Shown: one piece after another, positions 29,119 through 39,635 of the stretch
Numbering within the stretch: position 1 is the stretch's first letter
Layout: each line of letters begins with the position of its first letter
Source: an uncultured delta proteobacterium
GTDB taxonomy: Bacteria; Desulfobacterota; WTBG01
DNA: 64,000 bases
Reading direction: 5' to 3'
Assembly (NCBI GenBank): GCA_963793865.1
Contig: CAWCBP010000006.1
Coordinates: forward strand, 96,001 to 160,000
The notes under the pieces: generated by a model
What the model was told of the DNA's origin: nothing
The model's database searches: none
The model's input: the letters and a program-made list of their open reading frames with translations, nothing else
Position numbers and translations under genes: made by a program

Positions 29119-31039
29119 TCACAGCTTCCCCAGTCTCTGCATATCATCGGCCACGTCCCGCAAATTGAGCTTCTCCAGGGTTTCCCGGGTGGGTATGCCG
29201 GTGTTTATATTCCATCCCCGCAACGCGTAATAGTCTTCCAGCATCTTCCCGAACTGTTCCCGTTCAAGCCGACTGCCGTCAAAGGGACCGCCACGGGTTG
29301 GCTCCATCGACCCATTTGCCCCGGAGAAAGTCATCCTCCTTGGTGATGCCCTGCCGCACCCCGTAGCACCGTTCCAATGAGTAAATCCGGTTGGCGCATA
29401 TCCTCATCTGTGCTTCATCCGCTTCGATCCCGGTTACCGCGGAGAACAGATCGGCCATGTCCTGGATATTGATGCCGTGACCGTTGTGCGAGGTCATGAA
29501 CTTGCAAATCTGCAGGGAATCGGCGAGGGTATAAATATCCTGAAAATAAATGACCGGATTTGCCTTGACGTACGAATCGTGCTCCATGATCTCTGCTGAG
29601 CCGAATCTCTTTACCGCCTCTTCCACGGTTATGAGGCTCCTGCCCTTGATGGGGATTTCCAGCATGTTGCTTCCCCGCAGATGGTCGCATCCCCGGGTGG
29701 CGGTCGCAAAACAGAGGGCGGTCCCCTTGAGACCCCTGATGTCCTGTCCGCCGATGACCATGCCCTTGCAGGAGCTTACGCACCGCTCAGCTCCCCTCCC
29801 GATCTGCTGCGCCGCCCTTACCGCCCCGTCGGCCAGCACGGCGCCGAAACCTTCACGCAGGGCAATTTGGGGGATCATCGCAATCATTGATTCGTAGTTA
29901 CCCCATTCAAAACCAAGCCCTCCTGTTTCTTCCTGGGTAATGATGCCTTTCTCATACCATTCCATCACGTAGGACATGAGGCAGCCAAAATCAAGCACGT
30001 CGATGCCGTACTGGTTGCAGAGGTCGTAGATTTTAAAGAGGGAAGGCGCATAGGCGTTCCCGCAGTTGGGGCCGTTGGGGGCGTTGCAGCCCTCGGGGAT
30101 CTTGGTTCCCTTCAAGCCCGCGTAGGGGCCGCTTTTGACCTCCCATTCTTTCATGCAGCCGACGCCGCAGGAGAAGCAGCTTTTGGAGCCGGTGTAAAAA
30201 TCCCGGGCAATGGTTTCACAGGTTACCTGTTCAACCTCCTCAAAGCCTCCCGCCTGTTTGAAATTTTTCACTGACAGAATGCCCGATTCGTTTTCAATTG
30301 CAAGAGGTCCTGCCATGCCGTAGGTTGCAAACATGGGGTAAAACGGCGAGCCCTGGATTTTTTTTCGCAATTGACCGGTGACAAGGCTGAACCGTGTGGG
30401 ATCGGCAACCAGCGGTTTTGCTGTGCCGTCGATTACCGTAATGGCCTTGAGATTTTTTGAACCCATCACCGCGCCCATGCCTGTTCTTCCCGCGACATTG
30501 TGACCGTGCACAACGCATGCCGTTCGAACCAAATTTTCCCCGGCGGGACCAATCACGGCAATCTGAACCTTTTTGCCGCGGACCTGCCGTCGGATGGTTT
30601 GCTCGGTATCGTGGGTTGATGCGCCCCAGAGGTGTTCAGCCGGCTGTATTGAGGCCTTCCCGTCGCCGATGGTTATCATGACGGGTGCTTTCGCCTTCCC
30701 GGTTACCACCACGTGATCAAAACCGCACGCCTTGAGCGCGGGCCCGAAAAAGCCGCCGAAATTGGCGTCGCCCAGGATGCCGGTCAAGGGTGACTTGGCG
30801 CTCACCGTGCAGCGCGGCGTGGAAGGGGCGGTGGTGCCGGAAAGGGGACTGGTTCCCAGGATGAGAACATTTTCAGGCGAAAGAGGCGCCGTGTTCCTGC
30901 CGGTGGCATCATAAAGGATTTTGGAGTTGATGCCGCGGCCCCCGACAAAGTTGCAGCGCAGTTCTTCGCTCAGGGGCTCGCACGTTACCGAGCCGGTTGA
31001 GAGATCAACCTTTAAGAGCGTACCCATCCATCCGTACAT
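29119..31039 (-). pseudogene. aor: tungsten-containing aldehyde:ferredoxin oxidoreductase family protein; one +1 frameshift near 29305 (probably an assembly error)
   Basis: KSPLTG, IGPAGEN, AGRTGMGAVMGSKNLKAI, CFSCGVGC, RGCDH; the C-terminal YY.LRGW...GIPTRETL.KL is in the next frame, and removing one G restores KWVDEPTRGGP. Confidence 0.9.
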
Positions 31040-31173
31040 GTCTCGTCTCCTTGAATGACTGAGGTGGTTGTTCCATCTAAACAATTGGCGGGATGATTGT
31101 CAAATTAAAATTAGCCCACGCGGCATCGGCTGTAAAAATTGCTTGACAATGAACATCGCTTCTGAAATAAAAT

Positions 31174-31187
31174 ACTGACCAGTCAGT
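31174..31187. promoter_or_regulatory. probable TetR operator
   Basis: ACTGAC-CA-GTCAGT inverted repeat just downstream of TTGACA (31143) and TAAAAT (31168), between divergent aor and tetR. Confidence 0.65.
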
Positions 31188-31206
31188 CAATTAATAAGGG
31201 TGCTCT

Positions 31207-31809
31207 ATGGATCATGATCGCAAAGAAGAGAAAAAGGTAAAACAAAAGGAAAAAATATTTAAAGCGGCCGTGACCTGCTTTAATGACAAGGGCTACTATG
31301 AAACCACCATCGACGCCATTGCCGCGCGGATGAAGGTGAGCAAGGGGCTTATATATTATTACTTTGACTCTAAAAAAGACCTCTTCCTCGAACTGTTTCA
31401 ATACCGGGTGGGCAGGTATTTCGAACAAATAAAGAAATATATTCAAGGGGAGAAACACCCTGATGTGCGTTTGAAAATGTTTATCAACAAGTCGAGTGAA
31501 ATCCTGGAAGAGAATGAAGATTTTTTTAAGTTTTGCCTGGAGTTCCTTTCGCTTGGCGTGCGCGAACCGGACATCAGGAAGGTGATGACCATTTTTTACA
31601 AGGATTCCATCGATTCCTTTAAACAGTTGCTTGATGAAGGGGTGCGGTCCGGAAGATTTAAAGACCTGGGATCGGACAGGGTTGCCCGCACCATCTATTT
31701 TCTTTTCATGGGTGTCTTTTTCACCTATTTTTCGGTGAACGTGGATTTTGACCTGTACAAACAGCACAACTTCCACATTAACAACATCCTTGCCGCCATA
31801 AAAAAATAG
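31207..31809 (+). CDS. TetR/AcrR family transcriptional regulator
   Basis: F..KGY.ETTID.IA....VSKG.IYYYF.SK.DLF. Confidence 0.95.
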   Translation: MDHDRKEEKKVKQKEKIFKAAVTCFNDKGYYETTIDAIAARMKVSKGLIYYYFDSKKDLFLELFQYRVGRYFEQIKKYIQGEKHPDVRLKMFINKSSEILEENEDFFKFCLEFLSLGVREPDIRKVMTIFYKDSIDSFKQLLDEGVRSGRFKDLGSDRVARTIYFLFMGVFFTYFSVNVDFDLYKQHNFHINNILAAIKK

Positions 31810-31864
31810 CACGCACCGGCATGAATGACATCTTTCATAAACATACAATATCGAGGAGGAGGCA

Positions 31865-32671
31865 ATGAATGAATGCATGCCAAAAAAAGGGATCGTATTG
31901 TTCGGCATGATATGTATCGTGACCTGTTGTGCAATGAGCACACTCAGCGCTAAAGAAGGGGTTGGCCAATCAGCTTCAAAGGAAGCAAAGGCTATCGAGG
32001 TGGGCGAATCTTTAGGTGACAATCATCCGACTATTGAAGAGGGAGTTACATGTGCTGATTGTCATGAAATCACCCTTGACGCGAAGACAACGGCAACCCA
32101 GATCTGGCTTACGGGAAACTATCTCGGGTTTGCCCCCAATGAAGGGGTTTTAAGCAATGACCGGATCAAAGAAGAGATCATAAAGGCGATGGGCGGCAAG
32201 AAGCAGACGCGGACCTGCGTGCTTGGTACCTGCATTAATAACACCCCCCTTACCACCACCGCTGAATTTACCCTCGATCAGGACAACATGACCCTTCACG
32301 GCATGCATGAAAAGGGCACGACCAAGCTCATGCATATACAACAGAATCCGCGGGTCAGCGTGAACTGGCACAAGGATTTTACCGGCTTTGCGGGAACCTA
32401 CTGCGTGCAGTTCATAGGGCACGCGGAACTGATTGAAGGAACGGATCCCGCGTTCGAGAAGATCATGATCGACTGCATCCCTTACGAGAAAAGCGCGCAG
32501 GAGAGGAAAATCACCCCGGAACAGGTGCGCGCCGTGACAAAGCAAATGATGCTCATCACCAGGATTACCATTGATGAAGCGACTATTACCAACATGGAAT
32601 TCAGAAAAGACGGCTTCAGACCATGGCAACGCTGGGTAAGAAAAACGGCAGAAAAACAGGCTATGCAATAA
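31865..32671 (+). CDS. secreted monoheme cytochrome c fused to a PNPOx-like split-barrel domain (paralog 1)
   Basis: Signal peptide, HP......CADCH, then VLGT..NN.P...EKGT.KL.HI..NP.VS. Confidence 0.8.
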   Translation: MNECMPKKGIVLFGMICIVTCCAMSTLSAKEGVGQSASKEAKAIEVGESLGDNHPTIEEGVTCADCHEITLDAKTTATQIWLTGNYLGFAPNEGVLSNDRIKEEIIKAMGGKKQTRTCVLGTCINNTPLTTTAEFTLDQDNMTLHGMHEKGTTKLMHIQQNPRVSVNWHKDFTGFAGTYCVQFIGHAELIEGTDPAFEKIMIDCIPYEKSAQERKITPEQVRAVTKQMMLITRITIDEATITNMEFRKDGFRPWQRWVRKTAEKQAMQ

Positions 32672-32716
32672 ACTTCCCACAAACCGGGTGAACAGATTTG
32701 CCGTGACAAGTGAAAC

Positions 32717-33994
32717 ATGATCTATGACATTGCGATAGTAGGCGCTGGCCCGGCAGGGCTGATGGCGGCCCGGACGGCCGCTGAAAACGGTTTGCAGGCG
32801 GTGCTCATCGAGAAACGGAATGATATTACCGCGATAAAGCGCGCCTGCTGCATGCAGCTTATCATGGATGAAGATTATGAGGGCGAGACTATCCGCGTCA
32901 AGGAACGTGCGGTGGTCTTCCCGCGCAACAATTTTACCGTTGAGTATTACGGACCGCTCCTTCCGCTGACTCATAAATATTACATCTCACCGGGGGGACA
33001 CCGCATTCATTTTGCCTACCGGGACAGACGCCCCATCATCATCAAATTTGATAAGGGACACCTGCTGCAGAATCTTCTCCGTCAGTGTGAGGACCTCGGC
33101 GTGGAGGTGAGGAGCGGAACCAGGGTGTGCGCAGCAGAGGATGGACCCGAAGGAGTGAAACTTAAGACCGCATCAGCACGGGTGCAGTCGGTGATTCAGG
33201 CGAGGAAGCTGATTGCCGCGGACGGGGTTAATGCGCATATCGCTGAAATGCTGGGCATGAACCACGCGAGACAGTATTTTGCCACCGGCATGGCGCTTAT
33301 CCACTATGTTAAGGGAATCAAGGGTTTTGAGCCGACGGCCTGGAAAAGTTATTTCGGGCTCGCCTATCAGTCGAGAAGCCCGGTGATGATAACCTCTTCC
33401 CTGTTCGGTGATGATGTTGCCTCGGTGGTGACCATCGGCAGTAAGCTCAGCCCGCCGGGAAGGATATTTGCTGATTGTATATCCAGAAGCCCCCTTGCCC
33501 CGCTCTTCAAAGGAGCGAAGATAGTGGGAAAACGGGGGTGCAGCGCCAAGGCCTATACCTCGCTACAGGTGCCGCACCGCGGCAATGTTCTGATCATCGG
33601 TGATGCCGCCGCCTATGTTGAGATAGAAGTCCAGGGAGCGCTGATGACCGGTTTTAACGCCGGGAAGGCGGTTACGAAAGAACTGCACGGCGGCGATGGT
33701 TTCCGGGAGTATACCGGCTGGTGGCAAAGCTCCTTTGAATTTAATACGGATAAGTATTTGCAGGTTGCCCAGGGGTTTGCCCTGGTACCGGCCTATACCG
33801 ATGATGAACTCGATTATCTGTTCTCGCTGATCGAAGATGAGGAGCTTGAAGGAACATACAGTCAATACAAATCACCCCGGATCATGTGGGATGCCATCCT
33901 CAGGCACGAAGATGAAATTGCGGTCAACCGCCCCGACCTGCATCAGAAGATCAAGCATAAAAAACTGACGCTGCGCGATATACTGCACGAGTGA
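32717..33994 (+). CDS. FAD-dependent oxidoreductase (geranylgeranyl reductase/FixC-like)
   Basis: YDIAIVGAGPAG, IAADG, IIGDAA. Confidence 0.88.
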   Translation: MIYDIAIVGAGPAGLMAARTAAENGLQAVLIEKRNDITAIKRACCMQLIMDEDYEGETIRVKERAVVFPRNNFTVEYYGPLLPLTHKYYISPGGHRIHFAYRDRRPIIIKFDKGHLLQNLLRQCEDLGVEVRSGTRVCAAEDGPEGVKLKTASARVQSVIQARKLIAADGVNAHIAEMLGMNHARQYFATGMALIHYVKGIKGFEPTAWKSYFGLAYQSRSPVMITSSLFGDDVASVVTIGSKLSPPGRIFADCISRSPLAPLFKGAKIVGKRGCSAKAYTSLQVPHRGNVLIIGDAAAYVEIEVQGALMTGFNAGKAVTKELHGGDGFREYTGWWQSSFEFNTDKYLQVAQGFALVPAYTDDELDYLFSLIEDEELEGTYSQYKSPRIMWDAILRHEDEIAVNRPDLHQKIKHKKLTLRDILHE

Positions 33995-34013
33995 AGGAAA
34001 GAGGAGGAAAACC

Positions 34014-35573
34014 ATGAGTCTACCCAAAGGTGCCTACGAAGCCCTGTCGAATGCGCTCGGGCCTGACAATATCTGTGACGACCCGGGTGTAACCTGTGCC
34101 TACAGCTACATGTGGCTGCTCTACAGCACGCATGCCCAGTCCGGGAGGTACCGGCCCGCCGCCGTGGCTCTTCCCGGAAACACCAGGGATGTGCAGACCA
34201 TTATACAAATTGCCAACCGGTACCGGTTCAATTACATCCCGGTCGGAACCAACCTCCTGCCACCCACCATCCCGGCCCGGCCGGATACGGTTATTATTGA
34301 TCCGAAACGCATGAACGCCATTCTGGAAATTGACGAAAAAAACATGTACGCGGTTGTCCAGCCGTACGTGACCTACGCTCAGCTTCAGGCGGAAGCCATG
34401 AAGCGGGGATTGACCATCACTGTGGCGGAAGCGGGGGCACAGGTTTCGGTACTGGCCAATAACATGTTTCAGGGCATGGGGGGTACCGGGCATAAGTTTG
34501 GATTCAACCGGGGTGTGTTGGGCTGTGACTGGGTGCTGCCGACCGGTGAACTCCTGAAGATTGGATCAAGGGGCAACGCCAATGGCGAATGGTTCTGGGG
34601 CGATTGTGCGGGACTGAATCTGAAGGGATTGCTGCGCGGCGACTCGGGCCATTGCGGCGGGCTGGGCATGGTTACCGCCATGGCGGTCAAACTCTTCCCC
34701 TATCCGGGGCCGAAGGTATTTCCGGTGAAAGGCAGCAATCCCGACTTTACCGCCCAATTTCCAAAAGATCGCTTCCACCTTAATCTTATCAAGTTTCCCG
34801 AAAGGAAGAGACTGATTGATGCCATGTACGAGATCGGGCATGCAGAGATAGCGGCATGCGTGCACGAGGAGCCGGCAAGCATGGTGTTGTCCTATGCGTC
34901 TCCCTCGGTTGAAAAGTTCTGGGAAATGTGGCCGGAATTTAAAAAGAAGTGGAGGAATGTTCTCTCGGTAACCATCATCGGCTTTTCATCGCCGGCACAG
35001 GTTGCCTACGAGCAGAAGGTGCTTGATGCAATCGTAAAAGAGCAGGGCGGTGAATATATTAAGGAAGGTTCCGCACTCTGGGAAATAGGGAAAGACAACC
35101 TGGGGGAACAAATCAGGTGCGGCTTCTCCAACCGGCTGTTCAGGATTGCAGGTGACTTTTTTGTCATCGGAGGGTTCAGTTTCGATTCGATCGATCAGAG
35201 CTATAAAATGAGCGAAGAATATATGTGGCCCATTATCGAAGAAGGACAGAAAAAAGGGCACTTCATAGAAGATGATACGCATAATGACTGGCTCAACTCG
35301 TACCAGCTCGGACATTATTCTGAAACCGAACCGCTGATTTACTTTGAACACGATCTGGAGGCAGGCGGGTCATTCATCAACGGTTATGCGCGCACCATAA
35401 CCGAAGCGGTTAAAAGAAAAATGGCGCCCACCTGGCCTCTGGGACCAATGAACTATATTGCCGGTCCCCACATGTGCAACTACCACGAGCTGGTCCTGAA
35501 GATAAAGAAGACAATGGACCCCCGGATGACCTCAAATCCTGACTACCCGGTGCCCCCCGAGCCTCCCCGTTGA
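34014..35573 (+). CDS. FAD-binding oxidoreductase (VAO/PCMH, GlcD-like)
   Basis: PAAVALP, IDPKRMN.ILEIDEKNMYAVVQP.V, WVLPTGELL, LGMVT.MAVKL, KKTMDP. Confidence 0.88.
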   Translation: MSLPKGAYEALSNALGPDNICDDPGVTCAYSYMWLLYSTHAQSGRYRPAAVALPGNTRDVQTIIQIANRYRFNYIPVGTNLLPPTIPARPDTVIIDPKRMNAILEIDEKNMYAVVQPYVTYAQLQAEAMKRGLTITVAEAGAQVSVLANNMFQGMGGTGHKFGFNRGVLGCDWVLPTGELLKIGSRGNANGEWFWGDCAGLNLKGLLRGDSGHCGGLGMVTAMAVKLFPYPGPKVFPVKGSNPDFTAQFPKDRFHLNLIKFPERKRLIDAMYEIGHAEIAACVHEEPASMVLSYASPSVEKFWEMWPEFKKKWRNVLSVTIIGFSSPAQVAYEQKVLDAIVKEQGGEYIKEGSALWEIGKDNLGEQIRCGFSNRLFRIAGDFFVIGGFSFDSIDQSYKMSEEYMWPIIEEGQKKGHFIEDDTHNDWLNSYQLGHYSETEPLIYFEHDLEAGGSFINGYARTITEAVKRKMAPTWPLGPMNYIAGPHMCNYHELVLKIKKTMDPRMTSNPDYPVPPEPPR

Positions 35574-35704
35574 GGAAGGTGATGTGCGATGTGCGACCAT
35601 CTGATTGCGGATTTCGGAATGCGGAGGGACAGAAGACTCATGGAGTGATGATGTGATCTGGGATGTGAGATATTCATGTTCAAATTTTTTTGTGGAGATA
35701 TGCC

Positions 35705-37237
35705 ATGCCGGAAAAAATCCCTGCCAAAGTTGATTATATAAAACCTTTACAGGACAAGCCTTACAGTGAAGTGGTTGCAGAAAAGGATGGTCATCATAAG
35801 GAGGTAAAAGAAAGGCTCATAAACATTGTGGGGGCAGAGCAGGTTACGGATGATCCGGATGTTTTGACTCGCTATTCCAGGGATACAAGTCTTCAACCAC
35901 CGGGAAAGCCGTCTTTCGTTGTCTTTCCAAAAGATTCCAGGCAGATTTGTGAACTGGTTGTGTATGCCAACGAGATAAAGCTCCCTGTCGTGCCGGTGAG
36001 CTCCGGCACCCACCATTATGGTGCGGCAGTGCCGCGCACGGGGGGCATGGTGGTGGACCTTTCAGGCTGGAAGAATATCCACAAGATCGATTACCGGAAC
36101 CGCGCCGTCCGGATAGACCCCGGAGTAACCTACGACCAGCTTCAGGAGGCATTGGAAAAAGAGGGATTGAGGGCCTTAATGCCGCTTCTTCCCCGCCGGG
36201 ATCAATCGGTGCTTACCGCCCATCTTGAAGCGCTTCCCATGCTGATACCGGAATTTAACTACAGTGAGCCGCTCTACACCGCAGAGATAGTAATGCCGCA
36301 AGGCGATATTTTCAGAACCGGCGCCGCGGCAATGGCCCCGCCGGAGACGACGAACACCGATCTGATCGGTCCCTGGGGCCCCGGTTTTGACTGGAACCGG
36401 CTCTATACCCGCTCCCAGGGAACACTCGGCATAGTCACCTGGGCCAACATCATGGCTGAACCGCTGCCGGTCAAACAGAAACTGTATTTCACCCCATTCA
36501 GTGCACTTGAGGACCTTGTTTCCCTTATCTATAAAGTTCAGCGAGATGGATCGGCTATGAGTGCTTTGCACTCAACCGATCAAGCCTCGCCATGATTTGG
36601 TGACAGCATGCCGGCTGATTACGTAAAACTGAAACGGGTTCTGCCTGAATATACCCTCCTCTTCTGCATCGGGGGGCTGAAGCGTTTTCCGGATGAACGG
36701 ATTGCCTACCAGGAAGCGGACTTCATGGAGATTGCTCAGGAGTACGGTGTTCGTCCGCAACTCACCGTGCCCGATGTTCCCCAGGCTGCTTCCTTCTTTG
36801 AAAAACACTTACGACGCTGCTGGCACAAGGATATATACTGGAAAGATGCCTGCAAAGGGGCAAGCGCCGATATATTTTTCCTCACACCCATGGAAAAAGC
36901 GCCGCTTCTTTATCGCGGCAATGAAAGAAGAGGCGATAAGGTACAGTATGAACCGGATGATATCGGCGTTTACCTGCAGCCCATAGAAAATGGCAGGGTT
37001 TGTCACCTTGAATTCACCATTCCCTACAACCCTCACGATGCACGCGAATGTGATCTTATAAGAAACCTTAACCGGTCGGCCAGCGAACGGGCGTACGCCC
37101 TTGGTGCGCACTTTACCAGGACATATGGGATATGGGCTGAGATGGTGTATGGAAGGAATGCCGTTCATTATCAAACTGCGAAGATGATTAAAGAAACACT
37201 CGACCCCAACAACATAATGAATCCCGGTAAAATGTGA
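35705..37237 (+). pseudogene. second FAD-binding oxidoreductase (VAO/PCMH family); frameshifts at about 36543 and 36598 plus a compensating pair at about 36905-36945
   Basis: PSFVVFP, SQGTLGIVT, KETLDPNNIMNPGK; intervening frames read WIGYECFALN and FFIAAMKEEA. Confidence 0.82.
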
Positions 37238-37262
37238 TTTGACCGGAGACAGGAGTACTCTG

Positions 37263-38525
37263 ATGAGTCTTGAAAAGTACCGATGGGATCTTGTGAATTG
37301 TGAGCGCTGCTCCATGTGTAAATGGGTTCATCCCTGGACGGTTAAGAGCAAGGAACGGGCGGCTGTGTGCCCTTCAATGAAAAAATACCTTTACGATGCC
37401 TATTCCGCCCAGGGCAGGTTTGACCTTGCCCGTGCGCTGCTTGAAGGGGAAATAGAGCTTACCCCCAAGGTGCTTGAGGTGATCTATACCTGCACCCTGT
37501 GCGGGGCGTGTGATGTCACCTGCAAGTTCAGCCGCGACATGGAACCGCTTGAGATTCTGCATGAGCTGCGCAGCCTGGCGGTCAAAGAAGGAAAAGGACC
37601 GTTGCCCGGTCATATGCCGGCGGTTGAAAGCATCCGGAAAAACAGCAATCCCTGGCTGCAACCCAGGACACGGCGCGCGCACTGGGCGCGAAAACTGGGC
37701 TTGAAAGATCTCAACAAGGAAAAAGCGGACGTCCTCTACTTTGCCGGGTGCACCTACTCGTACAATGCTAATTTGCAGAAGGTTGCTCAATCAACCGCGC
37801 GCATTATGAAGGAAGCAGGGGTGGACGTGGGAATTCTCGGCACGAATGAAAGCTGCTGCGCAAGCCCCGCTCTGAAAGTAGGAATGACCGATCTGTTTCA
37901 TGAGTTTGCAAGGAAGAATATTAAGATGTTTAATGAACTCGGGGTAAAGACGGTGGTAACCTCATGTGCCGGATGCTACGGGATCTTCCGGAGCCAGTAC
38001 CCCGCCGTGGAAACGATGAATTTTGAGGTGGTGCACAGTGTCGAGATGATTGATCAGCTGATACAGAATGGCACATTGAAGTTTAAAAAGGAGATTCCCA
38101 TGAAGGTTACCTGGCATGACCCCTGTCACAGCGGGAGGGGCGGCGAGAAACAGAATCTCTGGGAAGGTGAAAGAACGAAGTGGGGGCTTTCCGATCCGCC
38201 CCGCGAGCGGAATTTTGGTGCGCGCGGTGTCTATGATGCGCCCCGAAATATTCTCAAGGCTCTGCCGGGAATTGATTTGGTCGAGATGGAACGGATACGG
38301 GAATTCTCATGGTGCTGTGGTGCGGGAGGGGGGGTAAAGTCAGCGTTTCCCGAGTTTGCCCTGGAATCTGCGCTGGAGCGCATCGATGAGGCAAAGGCGA
38401 CCGGCGCCGAGGCGCTGGTAACTTCATGTCCCTGGTGTGAGTCAAACTTGGCCGATGCCATTGCCGCTGACGGAGGTAAAATAAAATTGTACAGCCTGGT
38501 TGATCTGGTTGAGCAGGCTTTGTAA
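37263..38525 (+). CDS. (Fe-S)-binding CCG-domain protein (HdrD/GlcF-like)
   Basis: CERCSMC...CP, CTLCGACDVTC, YFAGC, ESCCA, HDPCH, WCCGAGGG, CPWC. Confidence 0.92.
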   Translation: MSLEKYRWDLVNCERCSMCKWVHPWTVKSKERAAVCPSMKKYLYDAYSAQGRFDLARALLEGEIELTPKVLEVIYTCTLCGACDVTCKFSRDMEPLEILHELRSLAVKEGKGPLPGHMPAVESIRKNSNPWLQPRTRRAHWARKLGLKDLNKEKADVLYFAGCTYSYNANLQKVAQSTARIMKEAGVDVGILGTNESCCASPALKVGMTDLFHEFARKNIKMFNELGVKTVVTSCAGCYGIFRSQYPAVETMNFEVVHSVEMIDQLIQNGTLKFKKEIPMKVTWHDPCHSGRGGEKQNLWEGERTKWGLSDPPRERNFGARGVYDAPRNILKALPGIDLVEMERIREFSWCCGAGGGVKSAFPEFALESALERIDEAKATGAEALVTSCPWCESNLADAIAADGGKIKLYSLVDLVEQAL

Positions 38526-38597
38526 ACGTACGAAGCACGAACCATGCAAGCGGATTCCGGCTTTCACGGGCATGACATGTGCGTTCAATTTCCAAAG

Positions 38598-38625
38598 GTA
38601 GGAGCGACCGGCCGGTCGCCCCTAC
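38598..38625. repeat. GTAG-type REP (class 2)
   Basis: GTAGGAGCGACCGGCCGGTCGCCCCTAC palindrome; second copy at 39428. Confidence 0.8.
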
Positions 38626-38665
38626 AGGATAACACCATACAATAAGGTTAAGGGCAAAAAACGCC

Positions 38666-39292
38666 ATGAAGATTCTCGGGTTTTTAGGAAGCCCCCGGCT
38701 CAATGGGAAGTGCAGCAGGTTATTGAAGGAAGCATTGACGGCAGCAGCGGGCCGGGGTGCCCGTATCAAACGTTTCGAGCTGATAAAATGCAACATTCTG
38801 CATTGCAGGGGATGTTTTAAGTGCATGTTTGACAATCCTACACTGCGCATAGGAAGATGCCCCCTTAAAGATGATATGGTTTACATACTTGAGCAGTATC
38901 AGGAAGCAGATGGGTATATCTTCGCCAGCCCTTCCTACGAGGGCTATGTTACCGCCCTGATGAAGAAATTTCTGGAACGGAAAATAGCCCTTGGCTGCAG
39001 GGCAAAAGAGGCGTTCGGTACCATTGCCGAGGCGCGCGTACCGGCAGCCTTTATGAAGAGGGCTTCTTTCATCGTCACCGCCAATTGTACTGATGAATTC
39101 AGGGAGATCATGGGTGATCCCTGCTTTGAAGCCATGGAGGGCCACTTGATGGTGGAGCAGGTCCCCACCGTGGACCGGCTGTATGTCGGCGGTACTGAAA
39201 ACATGACCGATGAGGTCTTCTCGGAAAAACTGTCTTGTGCACGCCAGGTCGGTATCAGGCTGGTTGAGGAAATAGAAAAGGCAAAATCTTAG
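38666..39292 (+). CDS. iron-sulfur flavoprotein (flavodoxin family)
   Basis: GSPRLNG, HCRGCFKC...CPLKDDM, ASPSY, MKKFLER. Confidence 0.88.
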   Translation: MKILGFLGSPRLNGKCSRLLKEALTAAAGRGARIKRFELIKCNILHCRGCFKCMFDNPTLRIGRCPLKDDMVYILEQYQEADGYIFASPSYEGYVTALMKKFLERKIALGCRAKEAFGTIAEARVPAAFMKRASFIVTANCTDEFREIMGDPCFEAMEGHLMVEQVPTVDRLYVGGTENMTDEVFSEKLSCARQVGIRLVEEIEKAKS

Positions 39293-39405
39293 AAGATTTC
39301 TCCCTGCGGTCGAAATGGCACGTGAGAGGCCTGAGAATGAAATGACCTGGTAAATTTAGCCTATCGTGACATTTCGAAGAAGCCGCAGCGACTGAGAAGT
39401 CTTCT
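39291..39405. repeat. degenerate RPE-like palindromic element (GTCATTTCGA/GAGAAATCT type)
   Basis: AGAAGATTTCTC...TCGAAATGGCA and GACATTTCGA...GAGAAGTCTTCT. Confidence 0.55.
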
Positions 39406-39427
39406 TTAATTTTTCTATTTTCAAATT

Positions 39428-39451
39428 GTAGGGGCGACCGGCCGGTCGCCC
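39428..39451. repeat. GTAG-type REP (class 2)
   Basis: GTAGGGGCGACCGGCCGGTCGCCC. Confidence 0.78.
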
Positions 39452-39483
39452 ATTATTTTCGATTAAACCCGCTTTAACACCCG

Positions 39484-39528
39484 GAGTCTCCGCTAGCACT
39501 GTTGAGCCATCGAGCGGAGACTCTTTTT
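39484..39528 (+). terminator. intrinsic terminator
   Basis: GAGTCTCCGCT...AGCGGAGACTC followed by TTTTT. Confidence 0.75.
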
Positions 39529-39635
39529 GTTGCTTAAATTATGGAATTGCGCTATATAGGATAGCCCATTGGGACTGAATAACCATGGTTCATGTTTTAG
39601 AGTGGGGAAATTTAATCACAAGGAGGTAGTCGGGT

